Below are positions 10,523 to 19,839 of a stretch of 64,000 nucleotides of DNA, one piece after another (positions within the stretch are counted from its first letter, which is position 1; each line of letters starts with the position of its first letter). Location of the stretch: positions 17,435 to 81,434 of IMG/VR virus record IMGVR_UViG_3300037067_014938. The stretch is one strand, 5' to 3'. This DNA comes from a virus. Lineage: Duplodnaviria > Heunggongvirae > Uroviricota > Caudoviricetes. Made by a program: the position numbers and the translations under genes. Below the pieces are notes generated by a model, which was not told the DNA's origin, did not search any database, and worked only from the letters and a program-made list of their open reading frames with translations.

Positions 10523-11152
10523 ATCCCGGCTATTTTGATATAGCCCGGCTCCCCGCAGGCACAGTTACTTGACATCGGAATCCTCCTTTTTCAGGTCGGC
10601 GATACTTGTCATCTGTTCTTCAATCGAGAATGCAAATATGCAAAAGCCGAACAGGATCACCGCGTACACTTTCTCCCGTCTGTCCATCATTCCCTTCTTT
10701 CTTATCTCGGCGGATCAACCACAATAACCACAAGCAGATCAATAGTAATAACCCGCTGCATATAAACAAATCATCTTCCATCTCCGCCTCCCACTTGGGT
10801 GTCTTTGACCTCGGTGAATTTTGACATCTCTTAAGCCCTAAATCTTCGTTTTTGAATCGCGACAGTTTGTCGGGAAAAATGTCACGATTTTTATTCTCCA
10901 AAAAATTCTTTCCATGCTAACCACATCCAAAACAACACATACAACGGTCATGAAAATAGCTTTAAAATTAACACTTTTTGCTTTAAACCTGTCTACTAAA
11001 TTTTTAATAAATCTCATGGCTTATACCTTCTTGGTAGTCTACGCTTCCCACATACGGAACATCTTTGTCCATACCCCACACGATGACGATCACAAGAGGG
11101 GCACCAAAGTAACCCGGATTTAGGGTCCCGTTTTTTATCTCTATTTGTTGTT

Positions 11153-11461
11153 TCATACTTTAGGTATTGAAATAGTTGCCATACCAAATTTTAAACCGGC
11201 AAATCCATATGTTATGGAATTATTTGCAACCCTTAATTTATAATCTGCTGTATTAATAGAGTAATGAGGTTTAGAAACAAGATATGAAGTATATACAGTT
11301 TCTAGATCTTCTTGCAAAATGGACACCTTAATGGATGTCTTATTACTTGATATTAAGACATGGTCTTTCTTAGCCCACTTAGGCAATGGTACGACTATGA
11401 CAAAGTCATTTCCTACTTCAGTGACCATAACATCTTGACCCATTCTTCCTGTCATTTTCAT
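11153..11461 (-). CDS. Hypothetical protein
   Basis: 102-aa ORF upstream of the tRNA pair. Confidence 0.4.
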   Translation of the reverse strand: MKMTGRMGQDVMVTEVGNDFVIVVPLPKWAKKDHVLISSNKTSIKVSILQEDLETVYTSYLVSKPHYSINTADYKLRVANNSITYGFAGLKFGMATISIPKV

Positions 11462-11483
11462 TTTATCCCCTTCGTTATTTTAA

Positions 11484-11556
11484 AGCTCTCGGCAGGAATC
11501 GAACCCGCGACCAATTGCTTACAGGGCAATTGCTCTACCAACTGAGCTACGAGAGC
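11484..11556 (-). tRNA. tRNA-Thr (anticodon UGU), anticodon loop CCTGTAA with C at position 33
   Basis: Cloverleaf folded by hand: acceptor GCTCTCG/CGAGAGC, D-arm GCTCAGTTGGTAGAGC, anticodon stem ATTGC/GCAAT, T-arm GCGGG-TTCGATT-CCTGC. No CCA is encoded. Confidence 0.6.
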
Positions 11557-11557
11557 A

Positions 11558-11628
11558 CTGCTCCCGAACGAGTCGAACGTTCATAAATGGATTCAAAGTC
11601 CACTGCACTGCCATTGTGCTAGAGAGCA
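11558..11628 (-). tRNA. tRNA-Gln (anticodon UUG)
   Basis: Acceptor TGCTCTC/GGGAGCA, D-arm GCAC-AATGGCA-GTGC, anticodon stem GTGGA/TCCAT with loop CTTTGAA, T-arm GAACG-TTCGACT-CGTTC. Confidence 0.6.
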
Positions 11629-12167
11629 ATAATTTTATCTATTATATGTTCATGATTTTTTATTACTTTTCTTATTCTATTTATAACTTCAGCCTTTGCT
11701 TCTTCTTCTGTCCAAAAAGAAGATTTACCAAATGCACCACCAGTAAGAATTTCATTTTTATAATGGATTGTAGTATCACAACCAAATGAGGATCTAGGAT
11801 AGCCATTATCAATTTTCTTATTAAGTATAATAGGATAAAATTTATTATCCATAAATACTATCCCATTACATAATGCTCTATATACACCTGGATCATCAGT
11901 ATCATTGCCATACTCCCATGATTCTAGCACACGCCAAATATATCTGGGAAATAAATTTATAATCTTAGGTTCTGGAGATTTCGAAGCCGCTAATAATTTG
12001 TCTGCATCAACTTTTTGTATGCTATCACGCACATATTTTACAATCTTCTGCTGTACACCAATTTTATACTTTTTTTCAAAATTTCTTGAAGAAACTTGAT
12101 AAGTTCCATAATAGCCAATAGAAGTAACTACAATTATTAAAACTAACACGATATTAAATTTTTTCAT
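11619..12167 (-). CDS. Membrane-anchored hypothetical protein
   Basis: N-terminal TM segment MKKFNIVLVLIIVVTSIGYYG. Confidence 0.4.
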   Translation of the reverse strand: MKKFNIVLVLIIVVTSIGYYGTYQVSSRNFEKKYKIGVQQKIVKYVRDSIQKVDADKLLAASKSPEPKIINLFPRYIWRVLESWEYGNDTDDPGVYRALCNGIVFMDNKFYPIILNKKIDNGYPRSSFGCDTTIHYKNEILTGGAFGKSSFWTEEEAKAEVINRIRKVIKNHEHIIDKIIAL

Positions 12168-12394
12168 AATTTGAATCCTGCCAATTTAATCTTATCTTCT
12201 TCAGTCTCATCATTATATTCTATATTACACTTTTGACAAGACCTTCCACCATCCACCCACTTATATGGGATAGCTTTTTCTCTAATTTTGCCACAAAAGT
12301 TGCAAAAATACTTTTTCTTTGGTTTTATATATCCTGAGTGCCACGGACCTGTTAATCCTCTTGGCCGATTTAAACCTGTAATAAATATGCACAT
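12164..12394 (-). CDS. Small zinc-ribbon protein
   Basis: CNFCGK...CQKC arrangement. Confidence 0.4.
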   Translation of the reverse strand: MCIFITGLNRPRGLTGPWHSGYIKPKKKYFCNFCGKIREKAIPYKWVDGGRSCQKCNIEYNDETEEDKIKLAGFKL

Positions 12395-12637
12395 AAAATT
12401 TTTGGACCGCTCGGTGGGTGTATCCGATGCCCATACTCATTGAGTCCGAACGGCCCTCTCCTTCAATATCCCAATTGTTTAATTTCTTTCATTCTAGCTG
12501 CTAATTCAAGAGCCTTCATAACTTCAGCTGCTTCCATCAATGTTGAAGCACGCATTACACAAATTTCTTTTTGTGTTGCAATCTCAGTAATTACAAGCCA
12601 ACCTTCGGTATTACTTGTGAGAGTATAATGATACATT

Positions 12638-12757
12638 TTACCATCCTTTTTGTTTCAGAGGAACAGCTGATTGTGTTTTATCACGCCGACCTTTTTTCTT
12701 CGTTTTTTCTTTAACGGGTTGTTTCTTTTTTTCTTTTTTTGGTGACTTATCTCCCAT
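12638..12757 (-). CDS. Small lysine-rich basic peptide (MGDKSPKKEKKKQPVKEKTKKKGRRDK...)
   Basis: Read by hand (below the track's 60-aa cut-off). Resembles a second peptide at 13972..14040 (MGKATPKTKKQKPTNKTKKSGK). Confidence 0.3.
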   Translation of the reverse strand: MGDKSPKKEKKKQPVKEKTKKKGRRDKTQSAVPLKQKGW

Positions 12758-12781
12758 TATTTTTTCACCTTCTTTCTTTTA

Positions 12782-12854
12782 TGGAGGTGATCGGAATCGA
12801 ACCGATAACCTTCGACTTGCAAAGCCGATGCTCTCCCAATTGAGCTACACCCCC
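12782..12854 (-). tRNA. tRNA-Ala (anticodon UGC) with G3:U70 identity pair
   Basis: Acceptor GGGGGTG/CACCTCC (G3-U70), D-arm GCTC-AATTGGGA-GAGC, anticodon stem TCGGC/GTCGA with loop TTTGCAA, T-arm ATCGG-TTCGATT-CCGAT. Confidence 0.7.
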
Positions 12855-12862
12855 AAATTTAG

Positions 12863-12953
12863 TGCCCCCGGAGGGAGTTGAACCACTCATAAGGACTCTC
12901 CGTTTCCTATAATGGATGTGCACGTCTCGTCCTTCCAATTAGACGACAGGGGC
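12863..12953 (-). tRNA. tRNA-like element (type II length, 91 nt); anticodon arm does not fold canonically by hand
   Basis: Acceptor GCCCCTG/CGGGGGC, D-arm GTCT-AATTGGAA-GGAC and T-loop GGTTCAACTCC are present, but the central 46 nt form no canonical anticodon stem. Could be a pseudogene or an unusual tRNA. Confidence 0.35.
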
Positions 12954-13333
12954 ATTATTCATAATCAAAACAAACTAATTGTCCATTTAAAAAACCAAAG
13001 TTATGTGGATTTTTTTCTATCACATCTGGAATAGCACTTAATGCCATATGAGCTATTTTAATACTCAATTTAAAATCAGTGTCTAATATTTCAGTACATC
13101 TTGGCATTACATTTAATAAACCAAAAGGTAGATGAAATATAATAGGACAAAGAAAAGGACATTCTTTTTTATAATGTTTCCATACATTATATTCAACTAT
13201 ATTTGCAATTAGACTCTTTAAAATGCAACAAAACCATCCCCAATAATAATTTCTATTATCCAAACGTGGAAACTTAAAAGCATAATTTTTAGTTAAAATT
13301 GCATAGCGTGTGCAGCCTAAAGATGTAGTCATA

Positions 13334-13879
13334 CTAACAACCCAAATTTTTAATCTGACCCTTTGTTTGTCTTGCGGATAACTTTGCAATATTGTAATCA
13401 AGTACATCAGACAGGGTACTATTGCAGTATGTGGCAGTTACTGTTGCTACTGCAAGTACAGAAATAATAACATTCTTAATTATTTCTTTCTGTCCTACTC
13501 CCATAGCCATATGAAGAATCCCAAGTAAATTAATCCACGCTATTACAATAGCTTCCGTTGATTTACGTTCAGATGGTAATGCCACTCCTTCAATACTTGG
13601 TACATCTGTCACATCAATTTTTCCATCAGTTAACATCCAATATTCTTTTTCATAGCCTAATGCACCAATATACCAAAGTACATCACCTAATTCATTTTTA
13701 ATTGCTTCTGCCAATTCAGGAGTTGGTTCAGATAAATCAGCTCGCATAAGTTTTTTCAATTTATTTAATAATTCACCCATCTCACCAAATAAACCCGTTA
13801 CTGCGTATAACTCATTGGAACCTACGTTAGGATATTCAGCTGTAGTTCTACTTTTCTCTAAAAATTCTTTAAATTCCAT
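13334..13879 (-). CDS. MazG-like nucleoside triphosphate pyrophosphohydrolase
   Basis: LYAVTGLFGEMGELLNKL ... ELGDVLWYIGALG matches the MazG EExxE / ELGDxLW signature. Confidence 0.65.
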   Translation of the reverse strand: MEFKEFLEKSRTTAEYPNVGSNELYAVTGLFGEMGELLNKLKKLMRADLSEPTPELAEAIKNELGDVLWYIGALGYEKEYWMLTDGKIDVTDVPSIEGVALPSERKSTEAIVIAWINLLGILHMAMGVGQKEIIKNVIISVLAVATVTATYCNSTLSDVLDYNIAKLSARQTKGQIKNLGC

Positions 13880-14096
13880 TAATCTCTCCTTTTAAGAAAT
13901 TAAGGTTGGTAGTGTGTAACCATACTTGCACTTTCGATTCATTATGGCCACTCTTGCCAACCGAAATTTAGCTACTTACCAGACTTCTTCGTCTTATTAG
14001 TCGGTTTCTGTTTCTTCGTCTTCGGAGTTGCCTTACCCATTGTCTATCACCACCTTAGAGTTTAGTTTAAATGTTCCTAAAAATTATAACAAGAAA

Positions 14097-14399
14097 TCAC
14101 TGAAATTGTTCCTCAAAATCTGAAATTAATGGCAATAAATCATTAAATTTTTTCTTATGCACCCGGCATAAGGTCCTTAACGTGCTACATGGCTTGAGAT
14201 TAAAACCAAAAGTTATATCCTCAATTGGAAAAAACCGCCAACCATCCGAATGCTTTGTAAGTATATAACCATTCTCTTCAGTTCTCCAGTACCTAACAAT
14301 CTCCGCTGTTTCCAATAAATAATGTCTTGAATCGCTATCACTTAGTTTGTGGGACTTCCCCTTCGCGTGGGACGGTTGGTGGTACTGTTTTATTGGCAT
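14097..14399 (-). CDS. Hypothetical protein
   Basis: 100-aa ORF. Confidence 0.35.
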   Translation of the reverse strand: MPIKQYHQPSHAKGKSHKLSDSDSRHYLLETAEIVRYWRTEENGYILTKHSDGWRFFPIEDITFGFNLKPCSTLRTLCRVHKKKFNDLLPLISDFEEQFQ

Positions 14400-15918
14400 G
14401 TAGAATAGCCCTTCTAATAAGCATTACTGTTTTCTGTGTAGTTTGTTCCAAATTAGAACTATCCTTTATCTCTCCCCCATATATTATAAAAGAATCCAAT
14501 GGGATATATCGGGAAAACATTCCAAAATATACATCTTTATCAATTAACACATTAATATTATTTCTAGCAAAATAAGCATAAACAGAGTCTTTATTATGCA
14601 TTTGATACAACCGTGCTATATCCGTATTCATTAAACCATCTAAGTTTACAATATGGTGTTTTCCATTGTCCAAATAAGAAAATTCACCGGAATTAAATGC
14701 TCCAATTTTCCAATCAAGTGGGTATTCCTTTTCATCCAAAAGCTTAACTGCCTTAATTTGGTCTAAAGATCTATCAGATGCGTCCCATGAATTAAACGCG
14801 GGATTATAAACATGGTTTGTTTGACCAGTAGGAACCACCCATAATAAAGACAATGTTAACATGCCTATTAATGTTACCATTAATACACGTTTTCCTCTAG
14901 AAGAAAGAGAGGTATACAACAACACTATTATGTAACCAAATATTAAACAATACTGGGCTAAATACCAAGTGGCAAAATGAAATCTTAGCAACACATGAAA
15001 AAATGCATGAATAATTAATCCAATAAGTAACAAAAGCATCACACGATTAAACCTATTAAGGCACATTCCAAGCATGACTAACAAAACTGCAGAGAAACCA
15101 CCCGCATAAAGAATAAAAGAGTTAAAATAATCAAAAGATTCTCCAAACTTCAATATAAACGTCTGGAAACTAATAACCTCTTCCCATCTGATATCGGGAT
15201 AAATAAACGCGGAAGTCTGAAACCACATTCCTCCAGTTAGTTTAAAGAAAATTAGGGTTAGAGGTATGGGTAAAATACATCCGGCTAACCATGTAAGATT
15301 AAGTTTGGACCATCCATTAGCATACGGTTTTTCAACAAAAAAGAGCCAAACAAAAAATGGGATTACTAACAATGCCATGTCTGTTCGGGACAACAGGACT
15401 AAAGCAGTTGTTATTGCTAACCATCCTGCATTTTTTATAGTACCTTCAGAAGTATACTTTATAAACGCAAGGGTGAACAAACCTAATAATCCAATTGTTA
15501 ACCCAGTTTCCATTCCAGATAGCATGATTAAAAACATTGTAGGAATAAAATGAGCTATAAATGAAGCAATAAATCCATATTTCTCATTTTCAAAAATCCG
15601 AGATAAAGTAATTCCCCATATGTAGAAACTACCAATAAATAAAACCATACAAAACAGATATACCTGCAGTAATGTAATTGTTCCACCAGTAAATATTGAC
15701 ATTATCTCAAGTAACCAATACCATAACGGGTGGTATCCAGTTGTAGGAATATTATCTCCTACAGATGGAGAAAAAATAGACCCATTATTGACCATACTTA
15801 TATAGTAGAAGGTATCATCATAAAATATACGTGTAAATTTTTCCCCTGGTATGGTAAATATACCAAAGATTGTCGTAACTAAAACAGTTACAATTAATAA
15901 CTTAAATTTCAGACTCAT
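14338..15918 (-). CDS. Polytopic integral membrane protein, possible GT-C-type glycosyltransferase / polymerase-like
   Basis: 526 aa with at least 10 predicted TM helices and a DD pair in the first loop (RIFYDDTFYY). The functional assignment is speculative. Confidence 0.35.
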   Translation of the reverse strand: MSLKFKLLIVTVLVTTIFGIFTIPGEKFTRIFYDDTFYYISMVNNGSIFSPSVGDNIPTTGYHPLWYWLLEIMSIFTGGTITLLQVYLFCMVLFIGSFYIWGITLSRIFENEKYGFIASFIAHFIPTMFLIMLSGMETGLTIGLLGLFTLAFIKYTSEGTIKNAGWLAITTALVLLSRTDMALLVIPFFVWLFFVEKPYANGWSKLNLTWLAGCILPIPLTLIFFKLTGGMWFQTSAFIYPDIRWEEVISFQTFILKFGESFDYFNSFILYAGGFSAVLLVMLGMCLNRFNRVMLLLLIGLIIHAFFHVLLRFHFATWYLAQYCLIFGYIIVLLYTSLSSRGKRVLMVTLIGMLTLSLLWVVPTGQTNHVYNPAFNSWDASDRSLDQIKAVKLLDEKEYPLDWKIGAFNSGEFSYLDNGKHHIVNLDGLMNTDIARLYQMHNKDSVYAYFARNNINVLIDKDVYFGMFSRYIPLDSFIIYGGEIKDSSNLEQTTQKTVMLIRRAILHANKTVPPTVPREGEVPQTK

Positions 15919-16433
15919 TACTCAACTCCTTTTTCCAAAATAAAAACTAACTTCTTTTGCCGTCCCCATTCCACGGCTTGTTGCATAGTTTGAAAGCAAA
16001 TATCCATATCAAGTCCTTTAATTGCTTTGCCCGTGTCCATACATAATCCTATTCCTAAACCAGGAATATAAACTTTAGAACCAAGGGGTATTAAAGCGGG
16101 GTCAACGGCTACAGAAAATACACCTATATTGTCTACTTGTATATATCCTACAGACATTACAGGATCACCACTTTTAGTTATACTTGAATATGGTTTACCA
16201 ATAGCATAACCTGTAGTAGTTAATTCAATTGCCTGAAAAGACTGAATTTCCACTTGCATGGTTTCAACATTTACTATAGGCCTTGTCATGAATATTATAA
16301 GTAAGCATAAAGTCACTATACTACATAACAAAGCTATGTGAGATATCCAATGCCACGTTGTTTTTGATCTATCATGCATCATTACACCCCATATAAGTTC
16401 CTTCTTCAAATGAGACATAAAAGTGTCCATCAA
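15918..16433 (-). CDS. 3D-domain protein (MltA/YuiC-like peptidoglycan-acting enzyme) with N-terminal TM anchor
   Basis: VAVDPALIPLGSKVYIPGLGIGLCMDTGKAIKGLDMDICF carries the three conserved Asp residues of the 3D domain. Confidence 0.6.
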   Translation of the reverse strand: MMDTFMSHLKKELIWGVMMHDRSKTTWHWISHIALLCSIVTLCLLIIFMTRPIVNVETMQVEIQSFQAIELTTTGYAIGKPYSSITKSGDPVMSVGYIQVDNIGVFSVAVDPALIPLGSKVYIPGLGIGLCMDTGKAIKGLDMDICFQTMQQAVEWGRQKKLVFILEKGVE

Positions 16434-16924
16434 TAGATTTAAATACTTGTGAATGTCTAATTGAAGAATTAGAATAATAAATTAATGAATTTTTTATATT
16501 ATCTATACTACGAGTATTTGTAACTTTTAATAGTGATCTAAAGAAATCAACGCTGTCTACTAGTAAACCTCCCGTTCCCTGCAACTTAGTATTATCCTGA
16601 TTTATGAATAAGATTGTACAAAAAAACTCACCTTTATTGCTTAAATAAAAATTAATATCTTTAATAGTCATTAATTCAAACTGTTCATTATTATTCATTC
16701 ACTTTTTTCCTTTAATAAATTCCAGGTACAATCCCATAAAAGCCAGTCAAGAACTGACATTGCTAATACTTCATGGGGTAAATATTCAAGATCCTGAATT
16801 GCACATTCCAAACAATCTTTCTTAGCTAAGATACAAAATCCGCATGAAAAATAAACGTCATTGTATAATACATTTGTCCATTTTTTAATGGATTCTTTTC
16901 GTGCTTGTTCAAACTTTTTCTTGT

Positions 16925-17245
16925 TCATGGTTTGATCTCCGGTAGGGTATATGGCACCGAACTTGTGCAAGCATCATTCCAAGTCTGAATAACAATACCA
17001 TCCTCACGCAACGTCGGATATGGCCCTTCCCGTTTCACCGCCGGCAGGGTATCGGCCTGTATGAACGTCTTGAAACTATCGACCTGGGCTTCCACGGCCT
17101 TGAGGCGACGGTCGAGGGCGATAATTCTTTTTTCATAGAGTTTGGCTCCGGCACCAACCAAAAGTACAATCAGTACACCCGCTACTACGATAACCGTATC
17201 CGCCCACGCTCGTTTCATGGCCTCCTCCTGTAAACCGTATCGCAC
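16925..17245 (-). CDS. Membrane protein in GC-rich moron (likely start MKRAWADTVIVVAG)
   Basis: TM segment followed by a coiled-coil-like region (RLKAVEAQVDSFK). GC-rich. Confidence 0.4.
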   Translation of the reverse strand: MRYGLQEEAMKRAWADTVIVVAGVLIVLLVGAGAKLYEKRIIALDRRLKAVEAQVDSFKTFIQADTLPAVKREGPYPTLREDGIVIQTWNDACTSSVPYTLPEIKP

Positions 17246-17559
17246 TTTTGGTAATCATCATAAACAGTATCTACCCCTATGGTATCTAACTTGTCGCCCT
17301 CACTCCACAATTCTATCCACAACAGAGTATCTACCACCGTCGTACATTTGACAATGGTATCGACCACGACGGGGAATATCCAGGTCGTGTCATATACTAT
17401 ACTATCAGCCGGGTAAACGCCGCGATCTTGATCGGGTCGCTCATCAGGGTAATGCTTCCAAACCTGCACCGTATCGCACTTGACGAAGTAGTGAGTGGGG
17501 AGCAATTCCCCCGCTCCCAGCGACGCGGCCAGCAGACAGAGTATAATAAGCGTTTTCAT
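17215..17559 (-). CDS. Lipoprotein with internal (C/V)DT(V/I) repeats, GC-rich moron
   Basis: Signal peptide MKTLIILCLLAASLGAG. Repeats CDTVQVW, VDTIVKC, VDTLLW, VDTIGVDTVYDD, CDTVYRR. Confidence 0.5.
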   Translation of the reverse strand: MKTLIILCLLAASLGAGELLPTHYFVKCDTVQVWKHYPDERPDQDRGVYPADSIVYDTTWIFPVVVDTIVKCTTVVDTLLWIELWSEGDKLDTIGVDTVYDDYQKCDTVYRRRP

Positions 17560-17582
17560 GGCTTGGACTCCTTTTTATCAAA

Positions 17583-17654
17583 TGGTCTTGCAGGGAATTG
17601 AACCCTGATTTTCGGGTTGAAAACCCAATATCCTATCCATTAGATGACAAGACC
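17583..17654 (-). tRNA. tRNA-Glu (anticodon UUC)
   Basis: Acceptor GGTCTTG/CAAGACC, D-arm ATCT-AATGGATA-GGAT, anticodon stem TTGGG/CCCGA with loop TTTTCAA, T-arm CAGGG-TTCAATT-CCCTG. Confidence 0.7.
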
Positions 17655-18210
17655 CTGTTTTTGGAATCGCTGGGCCGGTGCCCCATAACTCTCCGGCATC
17701 CTTACGATGGGTACGTTATACGATATTTGCAAATAGCGTCCAAGCGATCCCACTTAGACATCATCTTCTTTTTTATCAAAGTTTGATACGCAAATTAAAT
17801 ATATAAAACCAAATATACATATTAATGAAAAAGAAATAATGAACAAAGTTAATAAGCCAAAAATAATGGCTAAAATCCATAAAATAATAGAAATAGTTAT
17901 TAGCCATTCAAAATAATTATAAACTGAATCGAATATTTTACCCATTTAATCACTCTGGTTCCTTAAATCCGGGTCGTTTATACAATACTTTAAATCCAGC
18001 TGCTTTATATAGATCTATTGTCGTTTTTGCTTTGTCAAAATCTTTTTCTTTCATAGTCAGCCATTCAGCAGCACAAGGACTTCTCATTCCTTCTTTTTTA
18101 CACTCTGGGCATAAGTTGTTCCAAGATACATTCTTCTGCATCTTTTTCTGAATCACAGATGAAGACTTTATAAGAATCACTTGGAAGACAAACAGCAACC
18201 CATTTATCCA

Positions 18211-18483
18211 TTATACACGACCTATGGAGGGGTTGGCCCCTCCAATCTCAAAATTAGGTGCAAAAATTCTTCTATCTGCCACATAAGTCCATTCAGTATC
18301 AGTGCTCTCTCTAACTATTAAAGCCCCAAGTTCTATTAGTCGTAAACAAATCTCTGCTCTTAAAGTTCTAATTTTTTTAGAACCTGCATATAAAGTAAAA
18401 TCATCCGCCTGTCTCCGAATAACCATATTTGTTTTCTGCAAAGAATTTAATAAATTTCTTTCTTCCTTACTTAAGTCTAACAT
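18211..18483 (-). CDS. Small protein with C-terminal GGANPSIGRV motif (member of the minus-strand paralog cluster)
   Basis: Carries the GxxSPS-type motif encoded by the recurring GGTTGGCCCCTCCAAT DNA element. Confidence 0.4.
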   Translation of the reverse strand: MLDLSKEERNLLNSLQKTNMVIRRQADDFTLYAGSKKIRTLRAEICLRLIELGALIVRESTDTEWTYVADRRIFAPNFEIGGANPSIGRV

Positions 18484-18714
18484 TTAGTCCTCCTCATCCC
18501 TGTATCCAAAGCTTTCATCTGTGATAGAATCAAATATTTTATTAAATAATTCCGGATGACCCGCTCTGGTAACTAAACAATTTACAAACATTTCATACCT
18601 GCGTCTGAGTATAGTCATACAATTTGAACTACAGAAGTCATATTCTGAATAACCATCACCGCCACAGCTTGAACAATGAGGGAATTGTTTACCACAAACT
18701 CTACATTTTGGCAC
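18484..18714 (-). CDS. Small zinc-ribbon protein
   Basis: CRVCGK...CSSCGG...CSSNC arrangement. Confidence 0.4.
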   Translation of the reverse strand: MPKCRVCGKQFPHCSSCGGDGYSEYDFCSSNCMTILRRRYEMFVNCLVTRAGHPELFNKIFDSITDESFGYRDEED

Positions 18715-19066
18715 TATAATCTCCTGCCATAATATAAAGCATTAATGTAATCATTGCTAACTGTTTAGTTAATTTCCTATTAAAATATTTTCGGATATTT
18801 ATTATTTTAGGAACCCATGCTATAAAACGAACATGTCGGGGTACATCTAAACCTAAACCAAAATAACAAATTTTTTTACTTTTTCTTTCCATACAAAAGG
18901 CATAACCTTGAGAATAGGTAAATTGTGGATGTTCTGCATACCAGTAAACAACAAAAGAGTACTTATTCTGAAATTCCACAATGGGAAACTCAAACTCCTT
19001 ATCTGCCCAAGTTTTCCACGGACCGGAAAGACGCACTATAACCGAATGCTTAGCCATAAAAACCAC
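18701..19066 (-). CDS. Hypothetical protein
   Basis: 121-aa ORF. Confidence 0.35.
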   Translation of the reverse strand: MVFMAKHSVIVRLSGPWKTWADKEFEFPIVEFQNKYSFVVYWYAEHPQFTYSQGYAFCMERKSKKICYFGLGLDVPRHVRFIAWVPKIINIRKYFNRKLTKQLAMITLMLYIMAGDYSAKM

Positions 19067-19099
19067 AACAGAAATTTTCCAAAAAGGTTCCCAATTTCT

Positions 19100-19387
19100 T
19101 CAATTTTTGTTAAGTAACCTCAAAATAAATGCCACCTGGGTCAACTTTCTCAAAAGAGGTTCCGATGAATCAATATAGCATCGAATAAACTCATCAATTT
19201 TAAAGTCATGATACCAAACAATTCCTTGATTAGACCTTACAATAAGAGAACAATAATCCGTAGTTAATTTCCAACTAAATGAATAGTCCGTTGAATGAGA
19301 TATTTCCTGCGTAATATCAATATTGTCCTTATCAACTATTATTTTCATTGTAGGGACTGGCCCCTCACACACTGTAAAAGGATACAA
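19100..19387 (-). CDS. Small paralog-family protein (C-terminus AFILRLLNKN)
   Basis: Belongs to the tandem small-ORF array. Confidence 0.4.
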   Translation of the reverse strand: MYPFTVCEGPVPTMKIIVDKDNIDITQEISHSTDYSFSWKLTTDYCSLIVRSNQGIVWYHDFKIDEFIRCYIDSSEPLLRKLTQVAFILRLLNKN

Positions 19388-19647
19388 ATCAACACACCTT
19401 TGGAGAATGCATCAAAAGTATTAAAAAAATCCCTCATATCCCGGATATTAAAAAAAGTTTTTCTTATTAATGTTCCTACTCTATAAATAGACAATATTGC
19501 CATATTTGTTTCTGGATAATAGACTATCTTATCCGATGGGGAATAATCTTCAAACGGCCCATCAGTTGGGCGGATGTCAATATACTTATGGGAGGGCTGG
19601 CCCTTCCAATCTTGCCCTTGTGTCGTAACTAGTATTGCAATTCCCAC
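19345..19647 (-). CDS. Small paralog-family protein (WKGQPS motif)
   Basis: Contains QGQDWKGQPSH encoded by the GGGCTGGCCCTTCCAAT element. Confidence 0.4.
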   Translation of the reverse strand: MGIAILVTTQGQDWKGQPSHKYIDIRPTDGPFEDYSPSDKIVYYPETNMAILSIYRVGTLIRKTFFNIRDMRDFFNTFDAFSKGVLICILLQCVRGQSLQ

Positions 19648-19839
19648 TTAACCCCTCCCACTCAGTATACAAAGAAATATTTTAACTAAAATCATATCAA
19701 TAGCCCACCTAGCGTCTTCATGTTTATTTAAATAATCCATATATAATTTGAGATCATACTCATATCTAACCCACGAGGCATTTCCTTCTTTATCGTAAAT
19801 TATTATATCATCATTTTCCACCACTATTTCTATTTGCAT
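19648..19839 (-). CDS. Small paralog-family protein (C-terminus ILVKIFLCILSGRG)
   Basis: N-terminus MQIEIVV and a C-terminal hydrophobic ILxxR-type tail. Confidence 0.4.
   Translation of the reverse strand: MQIEIVVENDDIIIYDKEGNASWVRYEYDLKLYMDYLNKHEDARWAIDMILVKIFLCILSGRG

Noticed and set aside
12440-12628. Plus-strand 62-aa ORF
   Set aside because: It lies antisense to two hand-read minus-strand small genes with good starts (MGDK... and MYHYTLTS...). It is judged spurious.
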